A stretch of 64,000 bases of DNA from the human T2T-CHM13v2.0 reference genome, Homo sapiens, in the NCBI RefSeq assembly GCF_009914755.1, contig NC_060936.1, one strand, 5' to 3'. The notes under the pieces are model-generated. The model saw only the letters and a program-made list of their open reading frames with translations. It did no database searches and was not told the DNA's origin. The stretch's first letter is position 1. Each line of letters opens with the position of its first letter. Positions 1-15,095 of the stretch are shown here, one piece after another. Made by a program: the position numbers and the translations under genes.

Positions 1-38
1 GTTTCTGGGCATCCCAGCCATAACCGTAAATATGACAT
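1..38 (-). other. Candidate exon start (acceptor) of an unidentified minus-strand transcript, continuing beyond the window
   Basis: Minus strand reads gatgtttactttgtgttcacag|ATGTCATATTTACGG, a plausible acceptor in non-repeat sequence. No protein recognised. Confidence 0.25.
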
Positions 39-824
39 CTGTGAACACAAAGTAAACATCACTGCGGTGATCAGTTTCACCCTAGGCTGCTAAGGGAGAC
101 ACAGCCCAATAGTTTTCTACAGGTAACTTGTTAGGAACTCTTCATTTTAAAACAACAACAGCAACAACAACAAAACCCTTACTGTATCTGTGAAATGGAT
201 CATTACTGTCTTCCATTTTAAACATACAGACCTCCCCCAACATGTTACCCCGGTCACATGTAGTGACCTGAAGAGTATTTTGCTGCTGTAGTGACTGTGT
301 CTGTCTGCCTTCCTGACCCATCCTGTGGCAGTCATCTATGTAACTGCCTGTCTTCCTTTTGTAGTTGCTTATTTTCAATCACAGGGTTCCTTCTTATATA
401 CTCACTGTGTAAAAAATATTAGGGCATAAAAACATTTTTAAAGTATTTTTTCTTTATTTTTAAACTTTTTTAAAGCATAGGCTATGGCAAACAGTCACAA
501 GTAGACTTATGAGAGTGTGTTTTTTTGCTTTTCAACAAATAGAACTCTGGACCTGGCCATTTCAGTGAAGCATACAACTAGAGGAAATTAAATAGATGAA
601 GAAAAACCCAGCACTCTCTAATATGTAAATTCTAAATTACTTAATGATATACTGCAATTTAAATTACACTGTAAATGAAATGATACTAGGTAGATAAAAT
701 AGACACAAGGAATATATAAAAGCCAAAAAGAAATTTAGATAATTAAATGATTTGCTATAAAGCCTTCCTTAGCTGTGAAGTGAAGAGCAGCTCAGTTGAC
801 ACCTATTAGCCACTTAATACATAA

Positions 825-905
825 TGATAATGAAGTCTTATTTAGCACTTACTATGTGCCAGGCACTGCTAACCACTTTATATTTATTGTCTCAATTACT
901 CCTCT
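825..905 (-). mobile_element. MIR SINE fragment
   Basis: agcacttactatgtgccaggcactg...ctttatatttattgtctca is typical antisense MIR. Confidence 0.5.
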
Positions 906-2789
906 TAATTGTTATAAAAGTGAACATAATCAAGGTAACATTTTATTAGATTTATGAAGAATTTATACGATATCATAGTTCACCAAAAATATATTTCATA
1001 TTAGTTTATAATTATTATTTATGAATAATAGTAACCCCCAATGAGACAGTGGGCATATTAGAATTTTAAACTATAAGCACATAAGATTAACATCCTTATA
1101 TCCACTTTGGGCTCTACCACTGATGTATCATGTTTTCAGCTATGGACAAGTCTTTGAAACTACCTGTAACAATTTGCCCTGTAAGTTATGAGAAATTGTC
1201 TGTACTGGTAATTGCACAACCATGTTTGCATGAGGAGGAAGAAACAAAGTAGAAAATACTCTTGAACAAAAAGTTGTTGATTCAAGATAAGAAGCACTGG
1301 ACTTTATTATGTGCGGTTCTTAAAAATAACTGAAGTAGAAGAAGAAATACAAAATAATTCAGTCCTTTTTCAGAGCTAGCGTAACTTTTGTCTGGATTCT
1401 CATGAAGAAACGCATAGCAACGAAGAAGGAGTGGATGGAAACTATGGAGCAAAACAGTAAGAGAAGAAAATCGAATTAGAAACAACTTAAAACCACTTAT
1501 TATGTGTCTCACAATTGCTTCACAGTGCTGGTTTCTGCAAAGAGAAAGAGATACAGAAATAGTACAAAGCCTGAAGACAAGGGAACGGAAAGATCTTTTC
1601 CGTTAACTTCCCTGAAATCATGTGCTACAAAACAGGCATTTTCAGGAAGAGGGGTGGATGTGATGTGCCACAAGTGTATAAATTTTCCAAGTTTGTGTGA
1701 TAGTAGAATTTTTAAACAAGTTTGTGGCTTTTGTCTTATGTTGATGACTAACAGTTCCCAATGATAGACTCATTCACCTCCAATACTCAAATTACTCATG
1801 AAATCACAAGCATATAAATTTCCAGGGCTGTAGAAGAGAGAGTACTGATTGTGATTTGCCACATTCTGGGAATAATTTCCTCTGCTACACACAGATGTGC
1901 CAGATTCAGCAAATACTCTGACCTGCCCCATATTTTGAGAAGTAAACCAAACACAGCCACATAGGAAGATCACGAGTATAAGGTTCTGGTACAGTCCCAC
2001 TGTACAGTGACCTCAGAAAGACAGGATTTGCACCAAAACAGTGAACCTGCTTTCTTCAGTTTCATGTCATTACTAGCCCCCTCTGTGCTTTTAGCATTTG
2101 ACCTAGAGGCTAAGCACTCAGTAATGTAGCTTGCCCCAGTGAGAACATTTCCAAATAAGGAAGCCAGCCCTGGGATAGGAACGCCACTGTAAACTGGGGC
2201 AGTGATTCTGAGGCTGGCAAATGAAATACCGTTTATTTCCAAATGTTCAGGGGAAAAAATTCCAGCCTTCAGAGTTGAAAGAACAGGCAAAAACGAGAAG
2301 GATAAGAGATCATTCCTTAATCTTGCAGAACTGCATTAGCTAAAGGCTGCCAGAAAATGGAAATTTGGCAAAGACTTTGCACATTGAACTGTCCTCAAGC
2401 TGAAGATCTGAGAGGGGTGTTCTGGCAGCATCCAGGTGTACCGTGAGAGATTACAAAGGGAAAACACACATCTTATCTGTGCTGCACAGCAAACTACTGG
2501 AAGAGAGCACTTATTATTCCAGAGTAAGGAAACCGGCAGGGGTATTGAGCCGTGGAAGTGGCCTTAGGCTAATGAAAAGACTACATAAACATAATGGGGA
2601 CATTCCCTTAAAAATATACCAGAAAGTTTACTCTAGAAATATAGCACCACTGGAGATGTAAGAAGATGTCAGACAGCATTTACTATGTGTTATCACTAAA
2701 ATATAAGAAAAAAATATGCTATCTGAACTAAGAGGAAGAGAAAAAAAGGAGGAAAAATAAAACAGGCAAGATCAGCATGATGATAACTA

Positions 2790-2935
2790 TACAGCATTTA
2801 GAGCTTGAAAATTTGGGTTTAATCCAGTCTCCGCCATACCGCGTATCAACTCCATGATGCAGTTCACCATTTATCTTTATAGGATCATCAGTTTCCTCAC
2901 AGACAATGACGGAAACTAAAATAATGCTAACATTT
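2790..2935 (+). mobile_element. MIR SINE fragment
   Basis: tgggtttaatccagtctccgcca...tcagtttcctca...aataatgcta, resembling the MIR core. Confidence 0.5.
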
Positions 2936-3239
2936 ACAAAAATAGTACAAAAATGCAAAATGAAAAGGACAGGATAATACCTATTAGAGGTTTAAAAGGT
3001 CTAAAAAAAGCGACAAGAGAAGATCTATATATAACAGAGTTAAAATAGTTAACATTTTTAGCTTTCTGAGAAAAGATAAATTTATATCCTAACCTTATTA
3101 TTCTATAATAATACCAAGAAGTTTGAAGAATTATATGTGAGGTATATAACTGCAAAAGGGTTAGATGGCTTAAAAGTAAACATGTGAATGTGATTACGGG
3201 GAAGGAGAAAAGCCAAAAATAAAAAGATAATTTATAACG

Positions 3240-3840
3240 GGAAAATGTACATTTTATTATATGTATTAGACATAATTACCTATTAAAAACAACAAAACCA
3301 CCATAAACAAATTTAAAAGCAAAAACTAACCAAGGGAAATGCAATAATATGTCAGAGTCAAAAAGATGTTTTAATCTATGAAGAGTGCCCACAAATCAAT
3401 TGCTAAAATCCCACTAATATCTCCAATTTTTTAAAAATATATATATACTAGTAGAAAATTCATAGAATAAATATAAATGGCTAAGAAACAATAGTTTTCA
3501 ATCTCATTTTAATGTAATTATGTAAATTAACACTTTATATTACCTATCAAATTCTCAAAGATTAAAGAATGATAATGTGGGTGAAAATACACAAATTTGG
3601 CACTCATTCCTGCTTTTTTCTGGGAAGCAATTTCATCTCATGTCCTAAAAAAAAAATTTAAAAATATTACATACCCTTTGGACCTAGTGTGTCCCTTCCT
3701 AGTATTCTATCTATTTAGAGGCAATAAAAAAGATTAATGCACTGATCTATTCATTGTGCCATTACTTTTAATAGCCAGATATTAGAAACAACTTACATGT
3801 TTAACGTTTGGAAAGGGATTTAATGCATATCGGCACATCC
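3240..3840 (+). mobile_element. Ancient L1M (L1ME-like) ORF2/3' fragment
   Basis: A-rich decayed L1 motifs (tctgggaagcaattt, ataccctttggacctag, aatagccagatattagaaacaac). Confidence 0.5.
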
Positions 3841-4699
3841 ACCTGCTGTTTGGGTGATGAGATTTGGCAAAGATTTAAGTCCTGATCTTCTCCCTTCTTA
3901 TGTCTTACTTTTTCTAAACTATTTAACTTAGCTTTTGTTTCTTCAAATTCACAATGGGATTAATAACATCCATCCTAGGATATTTTTGTTGAGAGCAAAT
4001 ATTAATATGATTATAATTTTAAAGTGAGATGTGCTTAAGAAAAGTTATCAACATAATGTTTATCTGAATCCAATTGTATAAATTGGTCTGAACATTTCTG
4101 AAGAAAATTTGTATATAAAATTTAGACTATTATTTGTTTCTTCTGGTCTTGATTCTGCATTCATTGTTCCTCCCCTGTATCTAACCTAAATTTAGAGCTT
4201 GAATTCTGTAAACTGAGCCCCATCAGGTGTTTGGCTGGGAGTCATCATCACAAACAAAGCAACTTTCTAAAATGTAGAAACAAACTTGCACACAAGTGGA
4301 AATAGGAATTTTCCCCAGGGAAGCATGCAGAATTACAGAAGCCCCTTTATCACCAAGTACTGTTTGAGTGAGTTGAGTAAAGAGGCCATCTAACAGGGAT
4401 TTTTTTTCCCTGTTGGTTTATGAGAGCTGGGCATCACTGTTTGGCATGAATAGTGTAGTGACAAAAGGGATATGACAGGCTGGAAGACACAGAAACACAA
4501 CATCAGCTTATCCAGGTTTTCTCTACCCACCTGTAAACAAACATGACTCCACAACTGAAAGAGTGAGACTCTCAAATGTGGAAGATAGGTTAGTGAAAGC
4601 AATTCTTTAATAAATAATATGAAGAATTTATGTTTACTCAGACTGTAAGTGATAGGAATGACTCTTCAAATTTTCATTTATTAACTAATTCAGTTGCTC

Positions 4700-4928
4700 C
4701 TATTAATACCATTTTATACAGGAATAAACTGAGACACAGAGCTGACAAATGACTTATCCAAGGCCATACACCTAATGTTTGGCTAAGCCATGACCATGTT
4801 AATAATAATAATAACAACGACTAGTAGGCACTCTTGAATGTTTACTATGCACTAGGCTCTGTATTGAGTACCTTACAAAACTTACCTTCTTAAATTTCTA
4901 CATAACAAATTCTGATATATATGCACTA
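4700..4928 (-). mobile_element. MIR fragments; the second is the Tigger4 target
   Basis: ccattttatacaggaataaactgagacacagag and tgaatgtttactatgcactaggctctgta are antisense MIR motifs. Confidence 0.55.
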
Positions 4929-4930
4929 TA

Positions 4931-7627
4931 TGGGCTGAGTATCCCTAATCCAAAATTCTTAGGACCAGGAATGTTTTGAATTTCAGATTTTCTTTTCAGA
5001 TTTGGGAATATTTAAATATGAATAATGAGGTACTTTGGAAATGGTACCCAAGTTTAAACAAAAAATAAATTTATGTTTTATGTACACCTTATACACAGAG
5101 CCTAAAGACAATTCTATGCAATATTTTAATCGCTTTTTGCATGAAACAAAGTTTGTGTACATTCAACCATCAGAAAGCAAAAGTGTCACTATCTCAGCCA
5201 CCCATGTTGACAATCTGTGGTTGATTGGTATCACCATTACCCTTGACTCTGAATTTTTATGCTATTGAAAAGCAATAATGTTATTACACTTAATCACACA
5301 TAAGTGTCATAAGCACTTAGCAGTAAAAAATAAGACACACCATTAATACAGTGAGAAAATAATGTGTTCAGGGTAACTAAGCAGTGCAGTAGCATCACAA
5401 GAATAGCAGCTGTTAACACCAACAACAAACAACGGCAGGCTTTCAGCCTCTACCTACAATGCTGTGTTTTGATTAAAAGGCTACCACATATTGTATTTTA
5501 TTGTTTTAGGTGAGTGGAAACATCAGAAGGAGTTGAAGGACCGGGAAGTGAGTCTTCTAGGGATGTCTAGCATTCTACTGGGTAGCTTTTTAAAATGTGT
5601 CATCTGCCACATTAACAAGAGTTTTTGTCTTAGAATTCTCTTTTGATTTTATAAAATGACATGATTTCTTAACCTGTTATAAAGGCACACTGCTCTAGTC
5701 CTTCAATAAGCTCATCACACATTATAGGCACTTTTCTTTGCAGTGTTAACAATGTCATCTTCATCATCACTATTATCATGATCACTTTGATTCAGAACCA
5801 TTTTAGCAATTTCACCATCAGCCAATGAAAGAACAACTGGAGCTTTATTATTGATGTTAAAAACTTCAATATTCACTTCTTCCAGCTTACTGAGGGACCC
5901 TGTAGGTATATTTTTTTGCATATCTGAAGAGGTCAGACAGCATTTTTTTTCTCACTTGAAATATGGAATCCTTCAAAGTCACCACCTTATTCATCATCAT
6001 CACTGAACATAGTCACAAACCAGAGATTGTGTTAGGCCTGCACACAACTGTGTCTTTAGTCACCGTGTTCCAAATGTTTGCAGCAGCCTATACAGCCCCT
6101 TATATGCTAAACTCATTTTGAAAAAATCTTCCACATCCATGCCTCTGTTTACTGCTGCTAGCATGCTGTTCAATAAAGCATTTTTATATTTAATCTTTAT
6201 AGACTTAAGCATACCCTGGTAACACGACTGAATTAATGGAGTCATATTTGAGAAAAAATACATAGCATAAACATTATTTTGGGTGAGAATTTTAGACAAT
6301 GAGCAGAATAGTTGCTAAGGAGTAAGAAAATTTTGCAGTCATCATCAAATCCAGCTTCCTTGCAGTAAGCATGAGCCACTGGTACAGAATGTTTATAAAA
6401 CCAATCAGAAAAGATGTTCACAGTGATCCATGCCTTTTTATGAGCATAATAATTAGACTGGTAAGAAATTGAGTTCTTGGAAACAGTAAGGATGCAAGTA
6501 TTGGCCTATCATAGCAAGTTTACATTTGTGCATGCCTGCCGCATTAGCACATCCAAGCACAGTTATTCTGTCATTGGCATTAATTCTAGTAGGGTCTGTT
6601 TCCTTAGCTATAGCTAGTGTCTTTTTGGGAAATAATGCCAAAACAGTTGATGTTTCGTCAGCATCATACACTTGTTCCATCATCAGATTTTCATCAGCAA
6701 TGATGTTCAACTTATTAATGAATTGCTCTACTTCTTTGTGATCAGCAGATGCTTTATCATCAGAAATCTTTAAAAATTTAATGTCATGCATTTTCTTAAA
6801 TTTCTGCATCTACCCTCTTGAATTTTCACAGTTCACTTTAGTTTTCAGTTCATTGTGGTAGATCTTTGTTTCATTATCAGCTTATTAAGTGGCATATGTT
6901 CACTGCAACACTGATGAATCTACTACTTCAATACATGATTAAGATCTTCCTTTTCAGTTTTATTAAGTTTTTTAAAAAAGGTTTTCATTAACTTCTGTTC
7001 ATTACTTTCCAAATAGAACATCAATAGTCTATCCTTTTTTTTCTCCAGGTTATATATGGTGGTCATTCCAACACTATACTCTTCTGTAAGATGTTTCACA
7101 CTTACACCACTGTCCACTTAGTCTAACACTTTGACTTTCTGTGCTATAGATAAACATAAATGCTTTAACTTTTCCTTATTTCTGTTACCCACAGGGGTAT
7201 CCATAGATTTTCTTGATATTTTCAACAATAACTTTATACCACAGAGCAGAGAATAAGCAAAAGCACCCAGTGAATAATGCACATAGGTCTTGTTTCCATG
7301 CAGGGCATCATGGGAACTGGCTCTTGGCATGTCAAACCCACACACTTGCCATTTTATTACTTGTTGTGGGTGTGCATGAGTAGGGGAAATCTTGGCATGT
7401 TTGAAAAAGATACATCACAGCTAAAGGGAAATTGGAGGTCTCTTTTTTTTTCCTTTGCGAAGCTAAATAAACTGTATTGTGCATATGCATTTGGATGGTG
7501 ATTTGTCATTTGTCATATGAGGTCAAGTGTGGAATTTTCTACTTGTGGTGTCATGTTGACACTCAGAAAGTTTCAGATTTTGGAGCCTTTTAGATCGTGT
7601 ATTTTCAAATTAGTGATGCTCAACCTG
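4931..7627 (-). mobile_element. Near full-length Tigger4 (Zombi) TcMar-Tigger DNA transposon
   Basis: Terminal inverted repeats tgggctgagtatccctaatcc and ttagtgatgctcaacctg, TA TSDs at 4929-4930 and 7628-7629, ~2.7 kb long, internal pogo-type transposase remnants. Confidence 0.9.
5600..7220 (-). pseudogene. Decayed Tigger4 transposase (pogo/CENP-B/JRK-like HTH + DDE)
   Basis: ORF fragments LCLSIAQKVKVLD / SGVSVKHLTEEYSVGMTTIY (HTH), QVYDADETS, RITVLGCANAAG, LLLSNYSAH, TPLIQSCYQG; many stops and frameshifts. Confidence 0.85.
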
Positions 7628-8053
7628 TACTTTTTAGCACAATTTAATGACTATCAATATCAAAGCCTGAATTTGTAAACCATTTAGCTATACTTTCTTC
7701 CACTCAATCCACAGGAGAATCAAGAGCATAGCCCTAGTGCTCATAGATTTTCTTTAAGTAAAGAAAAGCAATGAGGGTAAATCAGGATCCTTGAGTTGAT
7801 GGAATGTAGCTTTCTTCCCCTGGAATCCTATCATCCATACAAAGATCTTTGTGTACTTTCCCAATTATGGAACTTAAAGAATAAACTATCATATAGAATA
7901 TGTGATTTGATGGAACATAAAAAGCTTGTTTACCCTCAGACATCTCCTTCAATTACATACTCCTTGTATGATATTACTATTAGAATTTGTCCTATGAGGT
8001 AATGCAGTACAGCTCCCCTAAGAATCCTATTAAAATTTAAATATATTACCTGA

Positions 8054-8524
8054 TGTAGTAGTTTCCTTGGCTGCTATGGTAAATTACCAAAAATATGATG
8101 GCTTCAAACTGCACACATTTATTCTCTTACATTCTGGAGGTCAGAAATCTGAAATCAGTTTCACTTGGTCAAAATCAAGGTGTTGGCATTGTCATGCTCC
8201 TTTCAGTGGCTGTAGAGGACGATCTCCTTCCTTGACCTTTCCAGCATCTAGAGCTGTATTGCTTGTATTTCTTGGCCCATGGCCCCTGCTTCAATTTTTA
8301 AAGCCACCTGTGTACCATCTTGCTTCAGTGGTCACATTGCCTTCTTCTGCATCAAATCTCTCTCTACATCCCAATTTGGGATTTCATTTAGGGCCCATCT
8401 ACATAATTTAGGATAATCTTCCCATTTTAATTACATCTGCAAGTCCATTTTGCTATATAAGTTTACAAATTTCCCAAGGATAAGTACTTGGTTATCTTTG
8501 GGGACCATTATTCAGCCTACCACA
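8054..8524 (-). mobile_element. MaLR solo LTR, MLT1E-like
   Basis: tgtagtagtttcc...ttctggaggtcagaaatctgaaatc...accattattcagcctaccaca. Confidence 0.8.
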
Positions 8525-8769
8525 TCTCAGAACAGTGATTATTTTTAGGATTAATAGATAGTAAATGAAATAAGAGCCTAAGAGAATGGGAGACAAAATA
8601 ATGCATACTATTTAGAATTACAGCAGGTGATGAAACTGCTTAGGTCAGTTCAGACTATCGCAAATAAATAGGGGTTTGAGGTTACTAATAAGTTTGGGAG
8701 GCTATGAAGTGCTATTCTATTTCTAAGATTACCTTTTAAATTTGAAAAGCTAAAATTTAAATATTTACC

Positions 8770-9330
8770 TTGTGAAAAACTGGAACCCTCAGACACTGCT
8801 TGTATGATTTAAAATGTTACAGCAGCTTTGGGAAATGGTCTGGCAGTTCTTCAGAAGATTAAACATAGAGTACCATATGACCCAGTAATTCTCCTAGGTA
8901 TATGCCCAGGAAAAACAACTAAAACATACATACACACAAAACATGTACACAGATGCTCATAGCACCATTTGATTTATAATAGGCAAGAGTGAAAACAAGA
9001 CCAATGTTAATCAACTGAATAAATGGATAAAATATGGTATATCTATACAATGGAATAAATATTATGAGGCATTATAATGAAATGAAGTACTGATAAATGT
9101 TACAACATGGAAGAACCTTAAAAGCACTATGTTAAGTAAAATAAGCCAGTCACAAAGTACCACGGATTGTATGACTCAATTTTTAATAAATGTCTAAAAT
9201 AAGGAAACCCTTAAAATACAATGTAATTAGTGGTTTCCTAGGGCTGAGAGGGGAGGGCTTTGGGAAGAAGTTGGGGAGAGACTGCTAATGGGTGCTAGGT
9301 TTCTTTTAGGAGTGACCACAATGTTTTATT
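8770..9330 (+). mobile_element. L1MB-type 3' fragment
   Basis: ccatatgacccagtaattc...ctgctaatgggtgctaggtttcttttagg, an L1MB 3' UTR motif. Confidence 0.75.
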
Positions 9331-9944
9331 TTGTTAAATGAAAACTCAATATAATGCCAACTGATCCTTATCATAGTTCTGCTTATCCTGAAATAGTTAC
9401 AGTACATAATCAGATATATGATAATACATTAAACTACTTATGATTAAGAATATTACCTGTAGAAAAGAGTTAAATGTGACATTTTCCTGAATCGGCTTCA
9501 TTCTCATTCATAAGTCTTCCCTTTCACTATTTTTGTATTCTTTCTGATGTGATGACAAAAGGATTTTTTCACTGAGGTTTAAATAGAATTTCAGTTGAAA
9601 AATAATGTTTCTTTTGCTTTTTGGGGAAATAATAAATGCAAACTACATCTTTATATTATAATTGAAAATATTATCTGCTTACCATGATTTTGACTAAGAA
9701 TTATTATCCCAATCCTTAAGAAACTTCCGTCATGATAGATCAGACTTAATATTTAACTATGCTAGATGCTACATCGTATGTAAAAATTGTACATTACTAG
9801 TTAATATGTTTATTCAAAAATCACAAACATTTGCTCCACAGGAAGTTTTAGAATTACAGTGTAATTTATAATTATGAATGTAGATAGGAAAGGATAGTTT
9901 CAAAGTTCCTTTACTTTTGAACTCATGCTGAAAGACAACCTCAT

Positions 9945-10380
9945 GTCAGTGTGTCAGATGCTGGCAGTTCACTCACTCACAACTCCTTGAAAGCCTCTCC
10001 TGTCTTCCTCGTCTTTGGACACTGGAAAGCTGAACACTTTATCCTGGTGTCCTTTACAACTGCCTTACAAAGTCGGCCAGGACACACAGATGCGACCAGT
10101 AGAATGTAGAAGGACACCTCAAGCTGTATTTCCTGAATGAAAAGTCAAAGTTGCTTGAAAAATGGCTTTGTCTTTGACCCCCCCTCTTTCTTTTTCCTCC
10201 TGTCTAGAATGTGAACATGATGCTCAGAAGTAGAGCAGCTTTCTTAAGGCCATGAGGAAGAAAGCTGTACGTTAAGGATGGAAGATAATGACAACAGAAG
10301 AAGCCTGGTTTCCTAATGACACCCTTGAGCAGCTTTGATAGCCCTGACCACCTACCTTCCAGATTTTTGACTGAAGAAAT
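9945..10380 (+). mobile_element. Old MaLR LTR (MLT1J/K-like)
   Basis: tgtctagaatgtgaacatgatgctc...gaagcctggtttcctaatgac...cctaccttccagattt. Confidence 0.6.
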
Positions 10381-11908
10381 TTAATCAACTTATTATGATG
10401 ATGAAGCAAAAACATTATAGAAGTGTGATAGTTAGAAATAGTAGCAATGTTTGAAAAAGGGTTTTTAATATAAGGCAGATTCTTTCCCTTTCTTCCTATC
10501 ATAGAAAATGTGATTAACTAAAGGGTGTTATTATTACTTTACTTTTAGAATGTCTTTACTTTTAGAATGACAGAATTTTTCTATAGTATAACCAACATAA
10601 GTTTCGCTTAGTTAAATATGTATTAAAATGAATCAGAGGTATCGTCTGAAAGTTAGGCTGTAAGTTATGACAGATTGATGATAAAAATATAGTTCCCATT
10701 GTTTTTACTCATGCATAAGAGTTTCAATACTCTCACATAAATATGGTTTCTTCTTGAACTTCAGTCAGAAGCATTTATTTGTCTCAGGAAAATAAAATTA
10801 GTTTTAAAGGTACTAATATTATTTCAAGGGTACTAACGATGGGTGGGACAAGTTTTCACTTTTTAAATTAAAAAATATCAATTTTGTATTCCTTTAAGGT
10901 ATCCTAGGGTTTATTTACATCATTCTTCTGTGTTCCCACCTGAAAACAAGGGTTGGGAATAAGGTAGGGGAAAGAAAAACTATTGAAAGACACAGTTTGT
11001 GTATTGTGGTTAATCTTTTGCAAATAGTGACCCAAATGCATTTTAATTTTCCCTTTAAGTCATGTTTGGTTTTCCATTTCCCATCTCTAGAGCCAAGCCA
11101 GGAAATTTATTACTTCTAGGGAAAAAAAGGGTAGGGCCTTACTCTCTTTAGCAAAACATTGGACTTGAAGACCTGGCTCTATGGAGAGAGGAAAAATTAT
11201 CAGGCTTTTTGAGTGCCAATTTAATATTTTAAGGGACAATCATAAGGGGCATAGCCATAGCATCGAGAAGATACCACTTTGTCCTTTGACTGCTAGTCCT
11301 TAAGGCTTTTTGTTCATAGTAGAATGAAGCTGGAACATAGAGGATGGCAATAAGCCAGTCCTTCTCTGTCTCATGGGATTATGAAAGCATAATAAAGAAA
11401 GAGATAGAGAAGGAAGTGAAAGTAGTTAAATTTGTGTTCTAATTTCTCCTTTCTAGAATTTACGTGGAAGGGAGAGTCAAATAAATGAGACAGAGGAAAT
11501 CCTACTCCATTTCCTGTTTGAAGTGTGCAATAAAACTGTCTCACGGGTGTTCTTCTCTCTCACATCAATCTTGGAGTGCCCATAGCAGAATAAGTGATCA
11601 TACTTCGTGGTTAGGCAATGTAGCTAGAGTTTGACTCTCCAAAGTTCTTTTATGAACTGAGATGGAACTCAGAAAGCAGATGAAGATGCTGGCTGCTGAG
11701 TTTTCCTGGAGTAGGTTGGGAGGTCATTTAAGCAGATAAACCACCCAAGTAGGAAGTCACAGAGGCCTGGAATGAAACTAAGTCTTCCAGGGAGCACCAT
11801 CTTGCTTTGACAATACTGGAAGTAAACAGATGATGAGTTTAATTGGTCACTGATTTCAGACTTAATTCTCAGTAGTATTATGCCCCATAAACCTATAGTG
11901 AGACTACT

Positions 11909-11979
11909 TCTCTTTCTCTCTCTCTCTCTCTGTCTATATATATATATATATTATATATATATACACACATATATATATA
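11909..11979. repeat. Compound (TC)n(TA)n microsatellite
   Basis: Directly visible. Confidence 0.95.
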
Positions 11980-13765
11980 GTGTTTATGTATACATATAAA
12001 CAGATTTTAAGATTGGAAGAATGTTTTCAAAGATTAGTTTCTGGCTCTGAATATTTTATACATTTTTTTCTCTCCACCACTACCCACCAAATACTTCTAG
12101 TTTCTGATGCCATAAAACATCTTTATTTTATAATAAGTCCCTTTGCTTTGTATCTTTGTATCATGAGTAGAGTGAGTTGCTACTGGAACAGTAAAAGTAG
12201 TTCTGGGAAGCCATTCCTACAATGGGAAACAACTCTATCCACGGAGAATGAAAAAAACCAGGGCGAGGTAACCGCCCACCCAGGAGCAACAGGGAGCCAA
12301 GGGAACACTCACCACCAGCCAGGGGAAGTGGTGAGTGATTGTGCAACCCTTGGAAACCATTCTTTTTCCACAGATCTTTGCAATCCATGGGTCAGGAGAT
12401 CCCCTTGTGAACCCAATCCACCAGAGCCTTAGGTCTGACACACAAAGCTGTGTGGAGTCTTGGCAAAGCAGCTGCTCAGGCACACACAGAGACTCAGGAG
12501 CTATACCTACTCCAGCCCTGGGATTCCCAAAAAAAGTGTCTGCAACTCAGGCAAGGCAGGAGGTCTGCACAAACCCTCAGAAAGGGGGCGGAATTCAGGA
12601 AGCTGAGCAGCATCATTCTGTGGTCCCCAATTCGCCAACACCTCAAAAGATAAGACCCACTGGCTTGGAATTCCAGCCAGCCACTGGCAACAGAATAGAG
12701 CATGCCTGAGACCAGAGGGAGCCCCTGGGGGGAGGGGCAGGGATCATCTCTGCTGTTTGATCGACTCAGCCATTCCTGCCTGTAGGCTTTGGAGAGTCTA
12801 AATTTTCCAGATTAGGAAGGGTCCCCAGAGCAACGCAGCACAGCAGCTTTGCCAGATCATGGCCAGACTGCTTCTTTAAGTGGGGCACCCATCCATTCCT
12901 TCTCACTGGGCAGGATCTCCTAGCCCGTTCCTCCAGCCACACCTGCCCACACCTATCGGGGGAAGAGCTATAATCTCTCCCTGGGAGAGAGTGCCCTGGG
13001 GAGTGGGGGGTCACCACCTGGGTTGGTTAGATGACTCAGCAGTTCCAGCCTGCATGCTTTGGAGAGTCCAAGCTGACAAGAGGCAGTTCCCCACCATGAC
13101 ACAGCTGTTGTGTCGAGGCATGGAAAGATTGCTTCTTTAAGCGGGACCCCAATCCACTCCTCCTTATGGGGCAGATCCTCCCAGCCAGGGACTCTGGCCA
13201 CCCCGATTTGTGCTCTACCAGGCTGACAGAGCTCTAATTTCTCCCTGGGATGAAGTGTCTGAGGGATGGAGCAGGCCGCCACCTTGGCCATTTGGACTTC
13301 TCAGCTAGTCTAGCCTGTGGGCCCTGGAGAGCCCAAACCAATCAGGGGCTGAAGCAATCCTCAACACAGCACAGCTGCTCAACCAAAAAGCCAGGCTGCT
13401 TGTTTAAATGGGTCTCTGATCCTGTTCCTCCTGACTGGGTGAGATTTCCCAACCTGGGTCTCCAGCCACCTCCAATAGGTGCATTGGGATTGCCAACAGA
13501 TCAGTACTCCCCTGGGACAGAGCTTATAGAGGAAGGGGCAGGCTGCCATCTTTGCTGTTTCACAGCCTTCACTGATGATACCTCCAGGTACAGGAAAAAG
13601 CAAGGCAACGAGGGTCTGGAGCAGACCCCCAGCAAACTGCAATGTCCCTATGGAAGAATGGCCAGACTGTTAAAAGAAAAACAAACAAACAAACAGAAAA
13701 CAACAATAACAAGCCCACAAGGAAGTCAGCAACCTCAAAGATTAAAGGTAGATAAGCCCACAAAG

Positions 13766-15095
<1,330 letters not shown>

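Noticed and set aside
1-128. Plus-strand frame VSGHPSHNRKYDICEHKVNITAVISFTLGC* followed by cag|gtaact
   Set aside because: Protein not recognised and truncated by the window edge; it cannot be distinguished from chance or from the minus-strand interpretation
1320-1490. Glu-rich frame KITEVEEEIQNNSVLFQS*RNFCLDSHEETHSNEEGVDG
   Set aside because: In-frame stops and no recognisable homolog; purine-rich composition explains it
10537-10570. Short direct repeat ttacttttagaatg x2
   Set aside because: Trivial slippage duplication
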